NCBI GenBank assembly: GCA_029259155.1
Contig: JAPDJI010000030.1
Coordinates: 1-19,642, forward strand
Reading direction: 5' to 3'
DNA from: Candidatus Methanomethylicia archaeon
GTDB taxonomy: Archaea > Thermoproteota > Methanomethylicia > Nezhaarchaeales > B40-G2
Length of the DNA: 19,642 bases
In this document: positions 1-8,008 of the stretch, one piece after another
Numbering within the stretch: the first letter of the stretch is position 1
Layout: every line of letters starts with the position of its first letter
The notes under the pieces: model-generated
What the model saw: only the letters and a program-made list of their open reading frames with translations
What the model was told of the DNA's origin: nothing
The model's database searches: none
Program-made: the position numbers and the translations under genes

Positions 1-353
1 CCAATAACGAGATCATATGGTCCGATTAAATTGCTAATTTTTCTTACTTCTGCTGGAGGAACAGGGAGATCGGCATCTACGAAGAGTAGGATATCGCCCC
101 TTGCATGGTTGAAAGCTTCAATGAGCGCACCACCCTTACCTAATCTTTCTGGAAAATGTAATGGGATAACCACGTTGCTTGACTTAGCTATGTGGTCAAC
201 TATTTTTGATGTCGCATCTGTACATCCATCAATAATAACTAGCAGTTCGTATGATTCTCGAAAATTCTCTTCAAGATAATTAAGTAGCCTTATTAATGTC
301 TTCTCAATACGTTTTTCTTCATTGTATGCAGGAATAAGAACACTTAGGCGCAA
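1..353 (-). CDS. Glycosyltransferase family 2 (Dol-P-glucose/mannose synthase-like), 3' end runs off the window
   Basis: Hand translation (not in the ORF track): MRLSVLIPAYNEEKRI...ELLVIIDGCTDAT...RLGKGGAL...ARGDILLFVDAD. It has the typical GT2 'IPAYNE', 'DG-TD-T', 'GKG' and DxD motifs. TTG start at 353 is assumed. Confidence 0.93.
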   Translation of the reverse strand, partial: MRLSVLIPAYNEEKRIEKTLIRLLNYLEENFRESYELLVIIDGCTDATSKIVDHIAKSSNVVIPLHFPERLGKGGALIEAFNHARGDILLFVDADLPVPPAEVRKISNLIGPYDLVI

Positions 354-393
354 TTGTCTTTTGGATCTACTATAATTAAAGTTGATGACTTTG

Positions 394-419
394 TTTCGTG
401 ATTTACTTTGATCACGAAA
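394..419. repeat. Perfect 9-bp inverted repeat TTTCGTGAT-N8-ATCACGAAA between the RHH gene and GT2
   Basis: Arms at 394-402 and 411-419 are exact reverse complements. Confidence 0.8.
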
Positions 420-464
420 TTTTCATTATAGCGCAATACTTTATCAATACTTTGACATTTTGCA

Positions 465-617
465 TTAATCCAGTTGTCGATGTTTTGTTTTCTTTAGCAG
501 TTCTTCTATAGCTTCGCTTCGACTTGTATACTTACCGATCTCGACGAGCTCATCTATCCACTTGATTAGATCCACATCCAGCGAAATACTTATCTTGGCT
601 TTCGGCGTCTCAGACAC
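465..617 (-). CDS. Ribbon-helix-helix (CopG/MetJ/Arc-type) DNA-binding protein, 50 aa
   Basis: Hand translation: MSETPKAKISISLDVDLIKWIDELVEIGKYTSRSEAIEELLKKTKHRQLD. It shows an alternating beta-strand (ISISL), helix, 'G-Y-SRSEAI' RHH signature. The GTG start lies 3 nt after the upstream stop (TAAGGAGTG). Confidence 0.88.
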   Translation of the reverse strand: MSETPKAKISISLDVDLIKWIDELVEIGKYTSRSEAIEELLKKTKHRQLD

Positions 618-620
618 TCC

Positions 621-1058
621 TTAAGGTGCATATCTATAAATTCTTGAGGTGTTTAACCATGATAAACCTAAGTAAAAACTAAAATTCTGATCTTCAGCCC
701 AAGCTCTGGCTTTGTGGTTACCCCATGCTTGAGCTATACATGAAATTTTTATTGCTAACGGGCGGCCTATGGTTATCGCTCTTTCTTTTAAGGTTGGCTT
801 AATCCACTGTCTTAACTTGTTCACTATTCGGAGGATTACTTGGGCTAGTGTTGAGTTTCTTACACGCTCGACAACTTTTATAGTTAGATCTATAACCGCC
901 CGTTCAAGTCTATCAAGCTTAAACCAAGCCTTAAACCTGACAGCCCTTTTCTTGAGTTGCTCAAGAGATTGGCGAGTTAAGAGGGTAACTTCATTAAGTA
1001 ATCCTAGGTCTTGGAGATTAGATGCGTCACGGGTTTTATTGTGCCATCTCATCTGCAT
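621..1058 (-). CDS. Basic, helical hypothetical protein (145 aa), function unknown
   Basis: Uninterrupted ORF with a TATA box upstream, abutting the RHH gene. It is Arg/Lys/Trp-rich (KKRAVRFKAWF..ERA; AQAWGNHKARAWAED). Confidence 0.8.
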   Translation of the reverse strand: MQMRWHNKTRDASNLQDLGLLNEVTLLTRQSLEQLKKRAVRFKAWFKLDRLERAVIDLTIKVVERVRNSTLAQVILRIVNKLRQWIKPTLKERAITIGRPLAIKISCIAQAWGNHKARAWAEDQNFSFYLGLSWLNTSRIYRYAP

Positions 1059-1060
1059 GG

Positions 1061-1105
1061 TAGTACGACCTAACCAAGCGTACTATGACGTTACCGGTTT
1101 ATAAG
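1061..1105 (-). promoter_or_regulatory. TATA box (CTTATAAA, 1105-1098) and palindromic operator-like site TAGTACG-N11-CGTACTA (1061-1085)
   Basis: A purine-rich BRE-like AGAAAG lies upstream of the TATA box on the minus strand. The 7-bp inverted repeat spans the expected transcription start, just upstream of ATG 1058. Confidence 0.65.
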
Positions 1106-1180
1106 ACTTTCTCGTTGATGTATGTTACAAAAGTTACTATGAAGATTCAAGGTCAGCGAAGAGCATTAGTTAGCATTAAC

Positions 1181-1243
1181 TATGGAGTTTAACCCTAAGT
1201 CGCGTTATAATAACTAAGGGTTAATGAGAGGAAAAGCTCCATA
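1181..1243. repeat. Nested inverted repeat / long stem-loop followed by a T-rich tract
   Basis: TATGGAG(1181-1187)/CTCCATA(1237-1243) encloses TTAACCCT(1189-1196)/AGGGTTAA(1217-1224). TTTTTCATTT follows. Confidence 0.6.
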
Positions 1244-1393
1244 TTTTTCATTTCGACTTTTTCATCGTTTTTCGCGGATACCATAGAGAGAAATGAGACC
1301 TAGTAACAAGTTTGCGAGGTCTGATACTTAAAGTGCCTGTGCTCCTCAGTAACGTAATAAGTGTTTTGCTTTTTATTGGATGTTTAATTCTAT

Positions 1394-1641
1394 TTACTTT
1401 TTTATTTCTTTATTACTCTTCTGCTGTATTGCATATGAGATTATTTGTAGGATTATTCAATTACGAGACAATAATATGCATGTATGGCTACTTCATTGGC
1501 GGTGGTTTCTGCGCCTAAACTTAAGCAGCCTGCTGCAGTTACGAGAAGGATCATGAAGGCTATTATGAAGGGTGCTCCCCAGTTTTCACGTAAATATTCT
1601 TTGATAATGGAGGTATACTTCGTATTTGTAGTCTTCTTCAA
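1394..1641 (-). pseudogene. Frameshifted small two-TM membrane protein (ENWGAPF family), paralog of 8009-8293
   Basis: YLRENWGAPFIIAFM...ANEVAIHAYYCLVI matches the 8009-8293 protein. Adding one G near 1458 (ATT GA ATA to ATT GGA ATA) restores IGIILQIISY (paralog LGVVLQLASY) and runs to TAA at 1394. Confidence 0.8.
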
Positions 1642-1739
1642 GGCTGTGCTATTAACCTATACAGGGGTTGATTTAAGCTTATTCTATGGGAAGGACAAGA
1701 TTATGGTTAAGTTAAGTGAGCGTGATTACGATTTAAAGA

Positions 1740-1950
1740 CGGCGTTAGATACGCTTATTTTCTTAGGACTCAGTGAACTACGTATTAACGTAATGATTTT
1801 TCCATTGAACTCTGGTGCTGTGTGAAAAACAACTTTGCAAGTGGTTTTCTCGGCGTCTTTGGCTCTTGATTCTGATCGGTCTTGCAAGGTCTACGACAAG
1901 GATATTTCTCTAACATCCTAACCGCTTCATCAAGTTAGCGATATTCAGCT
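1740..1950 (-). pseudogene. Possible heavily decayed PIN/VapC C-terminal remnant
   Basis: Fragments in three minus-strand frames (LDEAVRML / RNILVVDL / VVFHTAPEFNGKIIT) occur in the order expected for the second half of a PIN domain. The resemblance is weak. Confidence 0.25.
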
Positions 1951-2468
1951 TTAACCTAAAGGCGAAACCGTTAAAACCGTTAAATAAAAGTGCTCTTAAA
2001 AACATGCTACCAAATGTTTTCGGGCAAATATCAGAGTCTATTTTCTCGCCATGTTTTAAGACCGATGAGGAGTAAAAAACAAAACTAAGCTTAGGTATGT
2101 TAATCGAAACGAGGTTTTGAGAAGGATGTCGTCATGATTCAAGCCTCTTTCACGACGCATTGAGAGTTGGAGTGGAACCAAGGAGATTAGGCAATGATGA
2201 GATGTAAATAATGTGAATACCTCAGTGGTGGCTGGTATTTATCTAATTTAACTTTCTTAGCCTAACCTTACTCTTAGGTGTAGTCCTTAACCGATCAGCT
2301 CAACTTTGATTGTTTCATTAGACACCCATGATTTAAATTGGATAACTATGTGTAACATTCTCTTCATGATACGGACGGTGCACCGTTGTCCAACGTGACG
2401 CTATGCAGTTTTCTTTAAGTTAACCTTATGTGAGTGCTGTTAGTTTGGGTGTTTAGGTGTAGCTTCCA

Positions 2469-4004
2469 TTGAGGAATATCGTAGCCATTATAATCATGGC
2501 CATGGCCTTGGTGGCTACCGTGACTTCTTGTGCTTGGGCTATTGAGGAAAGGGAACTTTTTGGCGAGGAGCCTGTCTACATGGCTACCTTTACCGATAAG
2601 CTACATTTTTGGCCTGATTGGGGTAGGTCGACTATTCCTGGGGGATCGGTGGAGTTTAGCGATATTCTTGGGGCTTGGAAGGTTATTGTCCCGGCTAACC
2701 GTTCAGGTTTTGCTAGGATTTCTAAGGAGTTTGCTAAGGGGTATGTGGGGGTTAAGGTTACGAGCAGCTTTATTATGAACACGGGCCGTGGCTTTAACGC
2801 CTTCGAGCTCGTCGACACGGTTCACGGGGTGGCTGTAAGGGTTACGCCTAGCCACGTAGCTGTTTTAGGCCCAGGAGATGAAGTAATATCTCTTTATACG
2901 CTTAACAAGTCTTTGGGCGACCGCGTAGCGACCGTCACCGCGACCTTTATTCAAGGTAAAGAGGAGGTCGAGCTTTCTATAAATAACGATAACTTAACCT
3001 TAAGCTTAAAGCTACCTGAAGGCTATACGGGAGACATTTTCGCCAGGGACTTCTGGATATACTACACGGCTACTAGGGATTACCCTGACCCTACAGACTT
3101 ATCGGTGGCGGTTTACAACGTCAGCGTAACTCCTCAAACCCCCTTCCCCTATGTGGAGCCCGACGGCTTCTACTACGACATTTACCCTACTCAGGTTAAC
3201 TTCCACGGCGTGACGGTCACGGCGCTCGACGCCTTCTGGTATATACCGACCATATGGCTTTATCCCTTAGAGGAGGGCTTCGTCTACACCCAGATGAGTT
3301 ACTACTCGGTCCAGGTGGTTGAAGGTAAAACCGTTTACAGCATGAGTAGCACCTACACGGTTTACGGCAACAACGCCTCGACTTGTAGCCTCTACACCTC
3401 CACCGGCGTTATAGAGTACCGGATAACTGAAGACTTCTTCACCATGCACGTCAAGGGTAGGATCGTGGTTAAGGAGGCCTTCAACGCCTCGATGATATAC
3501 GTGGAGTTCGGCGTATCGCCTCAGCGACCCTACCTCTTCAAGTTGATGAGGGGCGGTGAGACCTTGACCTCTTACCTCTACCAGATCACCGAGGAGCATA
3601 AGTATTACCGCGTTGAGAGAGGGGACGTACTGTATTTGAAGTCGCTGGATGAAAAGTTTCCAAACATAGCTATGGTGTTCGAGGAGTTTAATGGTAGGAG
3701 TGAGGCCTACGCCGTGCTGTACGATGCTTCACACGTTAGAACCATAGAGCTCCACCTATGGTACCCTACATCGAGGCAACTACTTAGACCGGGAGAGGTC
3801 TTCGAGGTAGACTACTATGTACTAATCACCTTTACTGATTATGTTCCTAAGGGGTTAGAGGACGTGGAGATGTTGCTTGAAGGTAAACCTCCAACCGTAG
3901 CCCCGCTGGCGAAGCCTATGAGCCCTCTTCAACGTAGCCTGCTCACGCTACTGGTGATAATAGTGGCTTTAGCAGCGGTGGTTAAGTTAGCTAGGCGTAA
4001 ATGA
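2469..4004 (+). CDS. Secreted, C-terminally membrane-anchored hypothetical protein (511 aa)
   Basis: It has an N-terminal signal peptide ending AWA, a Tyr/Val/Thr-rich beta-type body with several N-x-S/T sequons, a Pro-rich linker, a hydrophobic helix and an RRK tail. Confidence 0.85.
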   Translation: MRNIVAIIIMAMALVATVTSCAWAIEERELFGEEPVYMATFTDKLHFWPDWGRSTIPGGSVEFSDILGAWKVIVPANRSGFARISKEFAKGYVGVKVTSSFIMNTGRGFNAFELVDTVHGVAVRVTPSHVAVLGPGDEVISLYTLNKSLGDRVATVTATFIQGKEEVELSINNDNLTLSLKLPEGYTGDIFARDFWIYYTATRDYPDPTDLSVAVYNVSVTPQTPFPYVEPDGFYYDIYPTQVNFHGVTVTALDAFWYIPTIWLYPLEEGFVYTQMSYYSVQVVEGKTVYSMSSTYTVYGNNASTCSLYTSTGVIEYRITEDFFTMHVKGRIVVKEAFNASMIYVEFGVSPQRPYLFKLMRGGETLTSYLYQITEEHKYYRVERGDVLYLKSLDEKFPNIAMVFEEFNGRSEAYAVLYDASHVRTIELHLWYPTSRQLLRPGEVFEVDYYVLITFTDYVPKGLEDVEMLLEGKPPTVAPLAKPMSPLQRSLLTLLVIIVALAAVVKLARRK

Positions 4005-4329
4005 AAGGGAGGGAAAAGTTTGTTTTTAACTGGCTGTGACGCTGAAGGTGTTATTGGCTTTGGCTGCGTAGGGACTTCCAACCCTCGCCCATAACGCTTA
4101 CCCAGCCTTTCCAGACGAAGGCCTTAGACCTCTGCTGGCTTATGGAGCCGCGCCGTGTGATAAAAATGAGCGTTCTGCTGGCCTGGTCGGTGATCCATAT
4201 GAGGGCTAAGTAGCTTAGAGTGATGGGATAGTCATAGTTTAGCGGGAACTCGGCAGAGGCCTTAACATTGATTACTACGCCCTTAACGAAGCCTGTCCTC
4301 GTGTCGCCCTGGTGATTCGTGGTAGCCAC

Positions 4330-4930
4330 GTTAATTTAGCTTTCTCGTGTAATGCCTTAGCCAAGCCAGCTATTGCCTTTTCAAGCCCTAATACGTGTGC
4401 TCTACGCCTTAGGTCGTCTAGGAGGAAGCCTTTTAGGTTCTTGCTATCCAAGGTCGCCAGGGTGTCTATACGGGTCTTGGTTTTTGGGAGGTTTACTATG
4501 GCGTCAGCTTCTACGACATTGTTTGGGATTGTTAACTCCTTGAGGATCTTGCCTCCGGGCGCCTTGATCTTGGTGAATGGCCCTCTACTTGGATCGACCA
4601 GCCCAACGTATAGCTCGTTGACAACCTCGCTTAGACCTAGAGCTTTGTAGACGTGGATGGTTTCATGGCTTGAGCCTTCAACGGTGATTGGCTTAGCCCC
4701 AACCTATTTAACCTTGATTAAAATATGCTTAATGATCCTTAAACCTGTAGTGGCACAGTGGCTGCAGGTCTTGGGAGTAGAAGGTTGGGTTTAACTACGA
4801 CCTTATCTCCAGGACCAACGAACTTCTCGAGGCCGCCGAGGAGATTGACGGCTCTTTCAAGGACTTCAACGACCTCTTCATCCATGTCTGGGCTCGCTAC
4901 TTTAATTACTGCGACGTGGCCTTTGACCAT
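4330..4930 (-). pseudogene. DUF362-family (Fe-S associated) protein, frameshifted and truncated
   Basis: The N-terminus 'LLGGLEKFVGPGDKVVVKPNL' is typical. After a 1-nt deletion near 4756 another frame continues ATTGLRII...GAKPITVEGS...EADAIVNLPKTKTR...TLDSKNLKG (family LPKxKTH / KNxxG) and loses similarity at about 4330. Confidence 0.85.
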
Positions 4931-5185
4931 GGATGTTCACGTAACCTATGCCTGTTTAAATGCCTCTGACTGTTTTAGCGTAATTAGTTTAGCCCTCATC
5001 ATATATTTTAATGTCTGCCTCACCAGCTGTTGGACCTAGATCTGAGGATGCTTGTGGTTTCCAAGAACTCTCCATGCCTCATTGAAAGAGGCGCGTCGTC
5101 CTCTTAACTTTTAATAATAATTGTTGAGCTCTTTCTCCCGCTGAGGTTTTATGTTAAGGTGTTTGGACTTGAGTGGTGATCTAAG

Positions 5186-6187
5186 GTGCCGTATAGATTA
5201 GGAGTATATGTGAGTAGCCTGAGAGGCCATGGTCGGGAACTAGCTGAGCTTGGCTTCGACGCGGTGTTCACGGAGCCAAGTTTGGAGGCTTTGAAGGAGG
5301 CGCGTGAAGCTGGTTTGAAGGCTTATGCTTGTATATGGGCTTTTAAGGCGCCTAGATGTGATGAGAGGCTTGGCGTGAGGAGCGTCTTTGGAAGTAGGTC
5401 CTTGTGGTTGGGGTCAGGTTGCCCCAACAACCCTGATGTACGTAGGTATTCGTTTAAGAGGGTCTTAGAGGCGGTTGAACATGGTTTCGACGGCGTGGTG
5501 TTGGATGGGGTTCGTTTTCCTGCTCCTAGTAGCGGTGTTGAGGCTTTGTTCTCATGTGTCTGTGAGCATTGCTTTGAGGTTGGACGTAGGCTTGGGGTGA
5601 ACCTGAATAGGGTGGCTGATGTTTTAAGAAGCTCTAGGGGTTTGGAGGGGTTGAGGAGGTTGTTGAGGAGGGAGGGCTTACAGGAATGGTTGGAGCTTAG
5701 GGCCTATTCGATAACTAGGTATGTGGAGGAGGTTCGTGAACTGCTGGGTGGCGTGGAGCTTGGAGCAGCGGTGTTTACGCCTTGCTTGGCTTGGATGGTG
5801 GGTCAGGACTATGCTCAGCTGGGTGGGCTTTTAGATTTCATACAACCCATGGTTTATCACCGTGGAGGTGGAGCTGCTTGCTTGAACTATGAGTTATTTT
5901 GCCTGGTGAAAGGGTTTGTGGGGGAGGGCTATTGGGAGGAGGGGTTGAGGACTATTTATGAGGAGTTGGGCGTTGAGGGACCGTTGAAGCTGGATAGGCT
6001 TCTGGACGGATTGCCTTTAAGCATATTGGAGGTGGAGGTGGCGAGAGCGAAACGTGTGCTTAAGGGGGTTAAGGTGGAGCTTACACCTATTGTTTTCGCG
6101 GCGGGTCTTAGCCGTGAGGAGGTTAGCCAAGCCTCTACAGCCTGCTTCAAGTGCGGGGTTGACGGCTTAGTCCACTTTGGTTATTAA
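5186..6187 (+). CDS. Glycoside hydrolase-like TIM-barrel protein (GHL10/DUF187-like)
   Basis: Motifs 'CPNNPDVR', 'GFDGVVLDGVRFP', CxCxxC (CVCEHC), 'GQDY' and 'LDFIQPMVY'. Confidence 0.75.
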   Translation: MPYRLGVYVSSLRGHGRELAELGFDAVFTEPSLEALKEAREAGLKAYACIWAFKAPRCDERLGVRSVFGSRSLWLGSGCPNNPDVRRYSFKRVLEAVEHGFDGVVLDGVRFPAPSSGVEALFSCVCEHCFEVGRRLGVNLNRVADVLRSSRGLEGLRRLLRREGLQEWLELRAYSITRYVEEVRELLGGVELGAAVFTPCLAWMVGQDYAQLGGLLDFIQPMVYHRGGGAACLNYELFCLVKGFVGEGYWEEGLRTIYEELGVEGPLKLDRLLDGLPLSILEVEVARAKRVLKGVKVELTPIVFAAGLSREEVSQASTACFKCGVDGLVHFGY

Positions 6188-6193
6188 AAACCT

Positions 6194-6227
6194 CAAGTAG
6201 GGCTCTACGCGAATACCACCCTACTTG
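6194..6227. terminator. 9-bp stem-loop between convergent genes (candidate terminator or 3' stabiliser)
   Basis: CAAGTAGGG (6194-6202) and CCCTACTTG (6219-6227), starting just after the stop at 6187. Confidence 0.4.
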
Positions 6228-6283
6228 GCTTAACATACACTAAAAACGCCGTATTCTAAGAGCTGAGCTCAACCTCTACTTTC

Positions 6284-7948
6284 TTAGAAGTATGTGGTTA
6301 TGCTCGCCAAGATACGTAAAGTGTAGTTTAGGTTTAGAAGGATGAGTAGGGTGGTTGGAAGGATTATGTTTTCCTGTCTTTGTGTTTTCGGGTTTTTCAC
6401 AGCGTAAGCAGCTAGTATAGGTATGGGTAGGTTGAGGAGGAGGTGGGCGTATAATCCGTAGCTGCTGAAGATAGCTATTATGGACACCGGGATCACTATG
6501 CTCATTAACATGCGGTGTCCGGCGTCGTTAAGGTTTAAGGCCAAAGCACCGATGAAGGCTGCTAGGAGCAGAGGGGTATTTGTGTAGCAGCCCATTAAGT
6601 AGAAGAAGGTGGCTTCCACTAGGTTTTTGTAGAGGTTTATGGGCTGGATTAAATTACATGAGGCTTGGGTTACTTGGGCGCCTGCTTGTACGCTGTTTAT
6701 GGAGCTTAGAAGGTAGGTTTTTGCGAGGTTAGCCGCTAACCCTATGCCTATTATTAACGATAGCTTCTTTAAGGCTTCTTTGGAGAGCCTCCTCTGCTTG
6801 ATGGTGTTGAGGCCTTCGTATGTTAAGAGTATGGCTATAAAGCCGGTCCACGACCATGCGTAAAGGTATATTAATGCAGCGCCGAGGGCCGCTGTTATGT
6901 AAGCGTTCTTCAAGGAGTCTTTCCGCCTTATATAGGTGGCTAAGGCGATGTACATTATGGATAGGGCTAGCCAGTGGGAGGCGAAGCCAGCGTAGATACC
7001 TATGGTCATGTTGAAGGAGACGGCTGCTATTAGAGCTGCTAAGGCTGCGTTTCTCCCGTCTTTTAGGGCTTCGCGGGCTAGTAGGTACGTCGAAGCTACG
7101 AAGAGGATGGAGATGAAGGTGAACTGGAAGTTGGCTATGACGTAGCTTGGTAGATGGGTGGTTAAGGCCACGGCGTAGAGTAGTATTAGGTGTAGGGGCC
7201 TAGAGCCTCCCTGGACATCCATGAAGGCGTACCGTAAGGCTTCGATGGGGTTTCGGCTTAACATTTCGCTCAGCCATTGATCGTAGAAGTAGGCGTCGAC
7301 GCTTACTCTCAACCCTTGTGGGTTTAGGTTAGGGTGGTATGGGTAGAGGGTCATGGAGATGGCTAAGGCTATTGCTATAGCTAATAATAGCTTTGAGGGA
7401 AGGATTAATGTGGGTGAAGGGCTGTCAGGCCTCAGCTTGGCTAGGGAGGTTATCTTGAAGCTTTTTGAAAGGCTTGCGGCTAGCGGTTTTATGATCCATG
7501 AGGCGAGAACCAATAGCATCAACAGTGGCGATAAAGGACTTAACGCGTAGAATAGCTGAGCTTCGATGTAGGCGAAGTGCCAGGACGGGTCGCTGTATAG
7601 CGGTGTAGGCCATAATGGGTAGGTGAACCAACGAATAGCTGCAAGAGTCTCGATCGCTATGAGTAGTCCTATGAAGTATATTTTAGTTAACCGTAAGGAG
7701 GGTTCAAGGCTTCGCCTCTTCAAGTATAACGTAACCGTGATCGATAAAGCTGTTAGTATGAAAATCAATGCTAGGTAGGTGTCGGCTTGATGGCTACCGG
7801 TGAGTGTCATGTATACGATTTCGCCATAATGTCGCTTATGTGGTGGATAATACTTGATGCTCAGCGTGTTAATCAACTTGACGAGGGAGAAGAGCGCCGC
7901 GACGCTATATACAAGGGCAGCGATATGATCGGACGCTCGGCTCCTCAA
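6284..7948 (-). CDS. Polytopic membrane protein, probably a GT-C-fold-like glycosyltransferase
   Basis: It has more than 12 hydrophobic segments. An external loop with 'SVDAYFY..W' followed by 'RPL' resembles the first-loop acidic motif of PMT/STT3-like GT-C enzymes. Confidence 0.7.
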   Translation of the reverse strand: MRSRASDHIAALVYSVAALFSLVKLINTLSIKYYPPHKRHYGEIVYMTLTGSHQADTYLALIFILTALSITVTLYLKRRSLEPSLRLTKIYFIGLLIAIETLAAIRWFTYPLWPTPLYSDPSWHFAYIEAQLFYALSPLSPLLMLLVLASWIIKPLAASLSKSFKITSLAKLRPDSPSPTLILPSKLLLAIAIALAISMTLYPYHPNLNPQGLRVSVDAYFYDQWLSEMLSRNPIEALRYAFMDVQGGSRPLHLILLYAVALTTHLPSYVIANFQFTFISILFVASTYLLAREALKDGRNAALAALIAAVSFNMTIGIYAGFASHWLALSIMYIALATYIRRKDSLKNAYITAALGAALIYLYAWSWTGFIAILLTYEGLNTIKQRRLSKEALKKLSLIIGIGLAANLAKTYLLSSINSVQAGAQVTQASCNLIQPINLYKNLVEATFFYLMGCYTNTPLLLAAFIGALALNLNDAGHRMLMSIVIPVSIIAIFSSYGLYAHLLLNLPIPILAAYAVKNPKTQRQENIILPTTLLILLNLNYTLRILASITTYF

Positions 7949-8008
7949 CTTACGCTCTCCGTTAGATCTGTGATTTTAGGTTAAAATGCTTATGACTATA
8001 ATCTAGCC

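Noticed and set aside
1965-1982. Tandem AAACCGTTA x2
   Set aside because: Only two copies with no spacer. This is a simple duplication, not a CRISPR or iteron array.
2062-2133. Hammerhead-ribozyme-like pattern (CCGATGAG...CGAAACGA...TCGTC)
   Set aside because: The core is CCGA rather than CUGA, stem II does not pair beyond 1-2 bp, and stem I cannot form.
2194-2245. C/D box sRNA candidate starting ATGATGA
   Set aside because: There is no CTGA D or D' box at suitable spacing.
2375-2386. 12-bp perfect palindrome ACGGTGCACCGT
   Set aside because: It is isolated, and a few such palindromes are expected by chance in 20 kb.
4051-4329. 92-aa minus-strand ORF after the DUF362 break
   Set aside because: It has no recognisable motif or promoter. 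It may be debris of another gene but cannot be supported.
5040-5100. Minus-strand 'FNEAWRVL' resembling a methyltransferase motif
   Set aside because: Too short to distinguish from chance.
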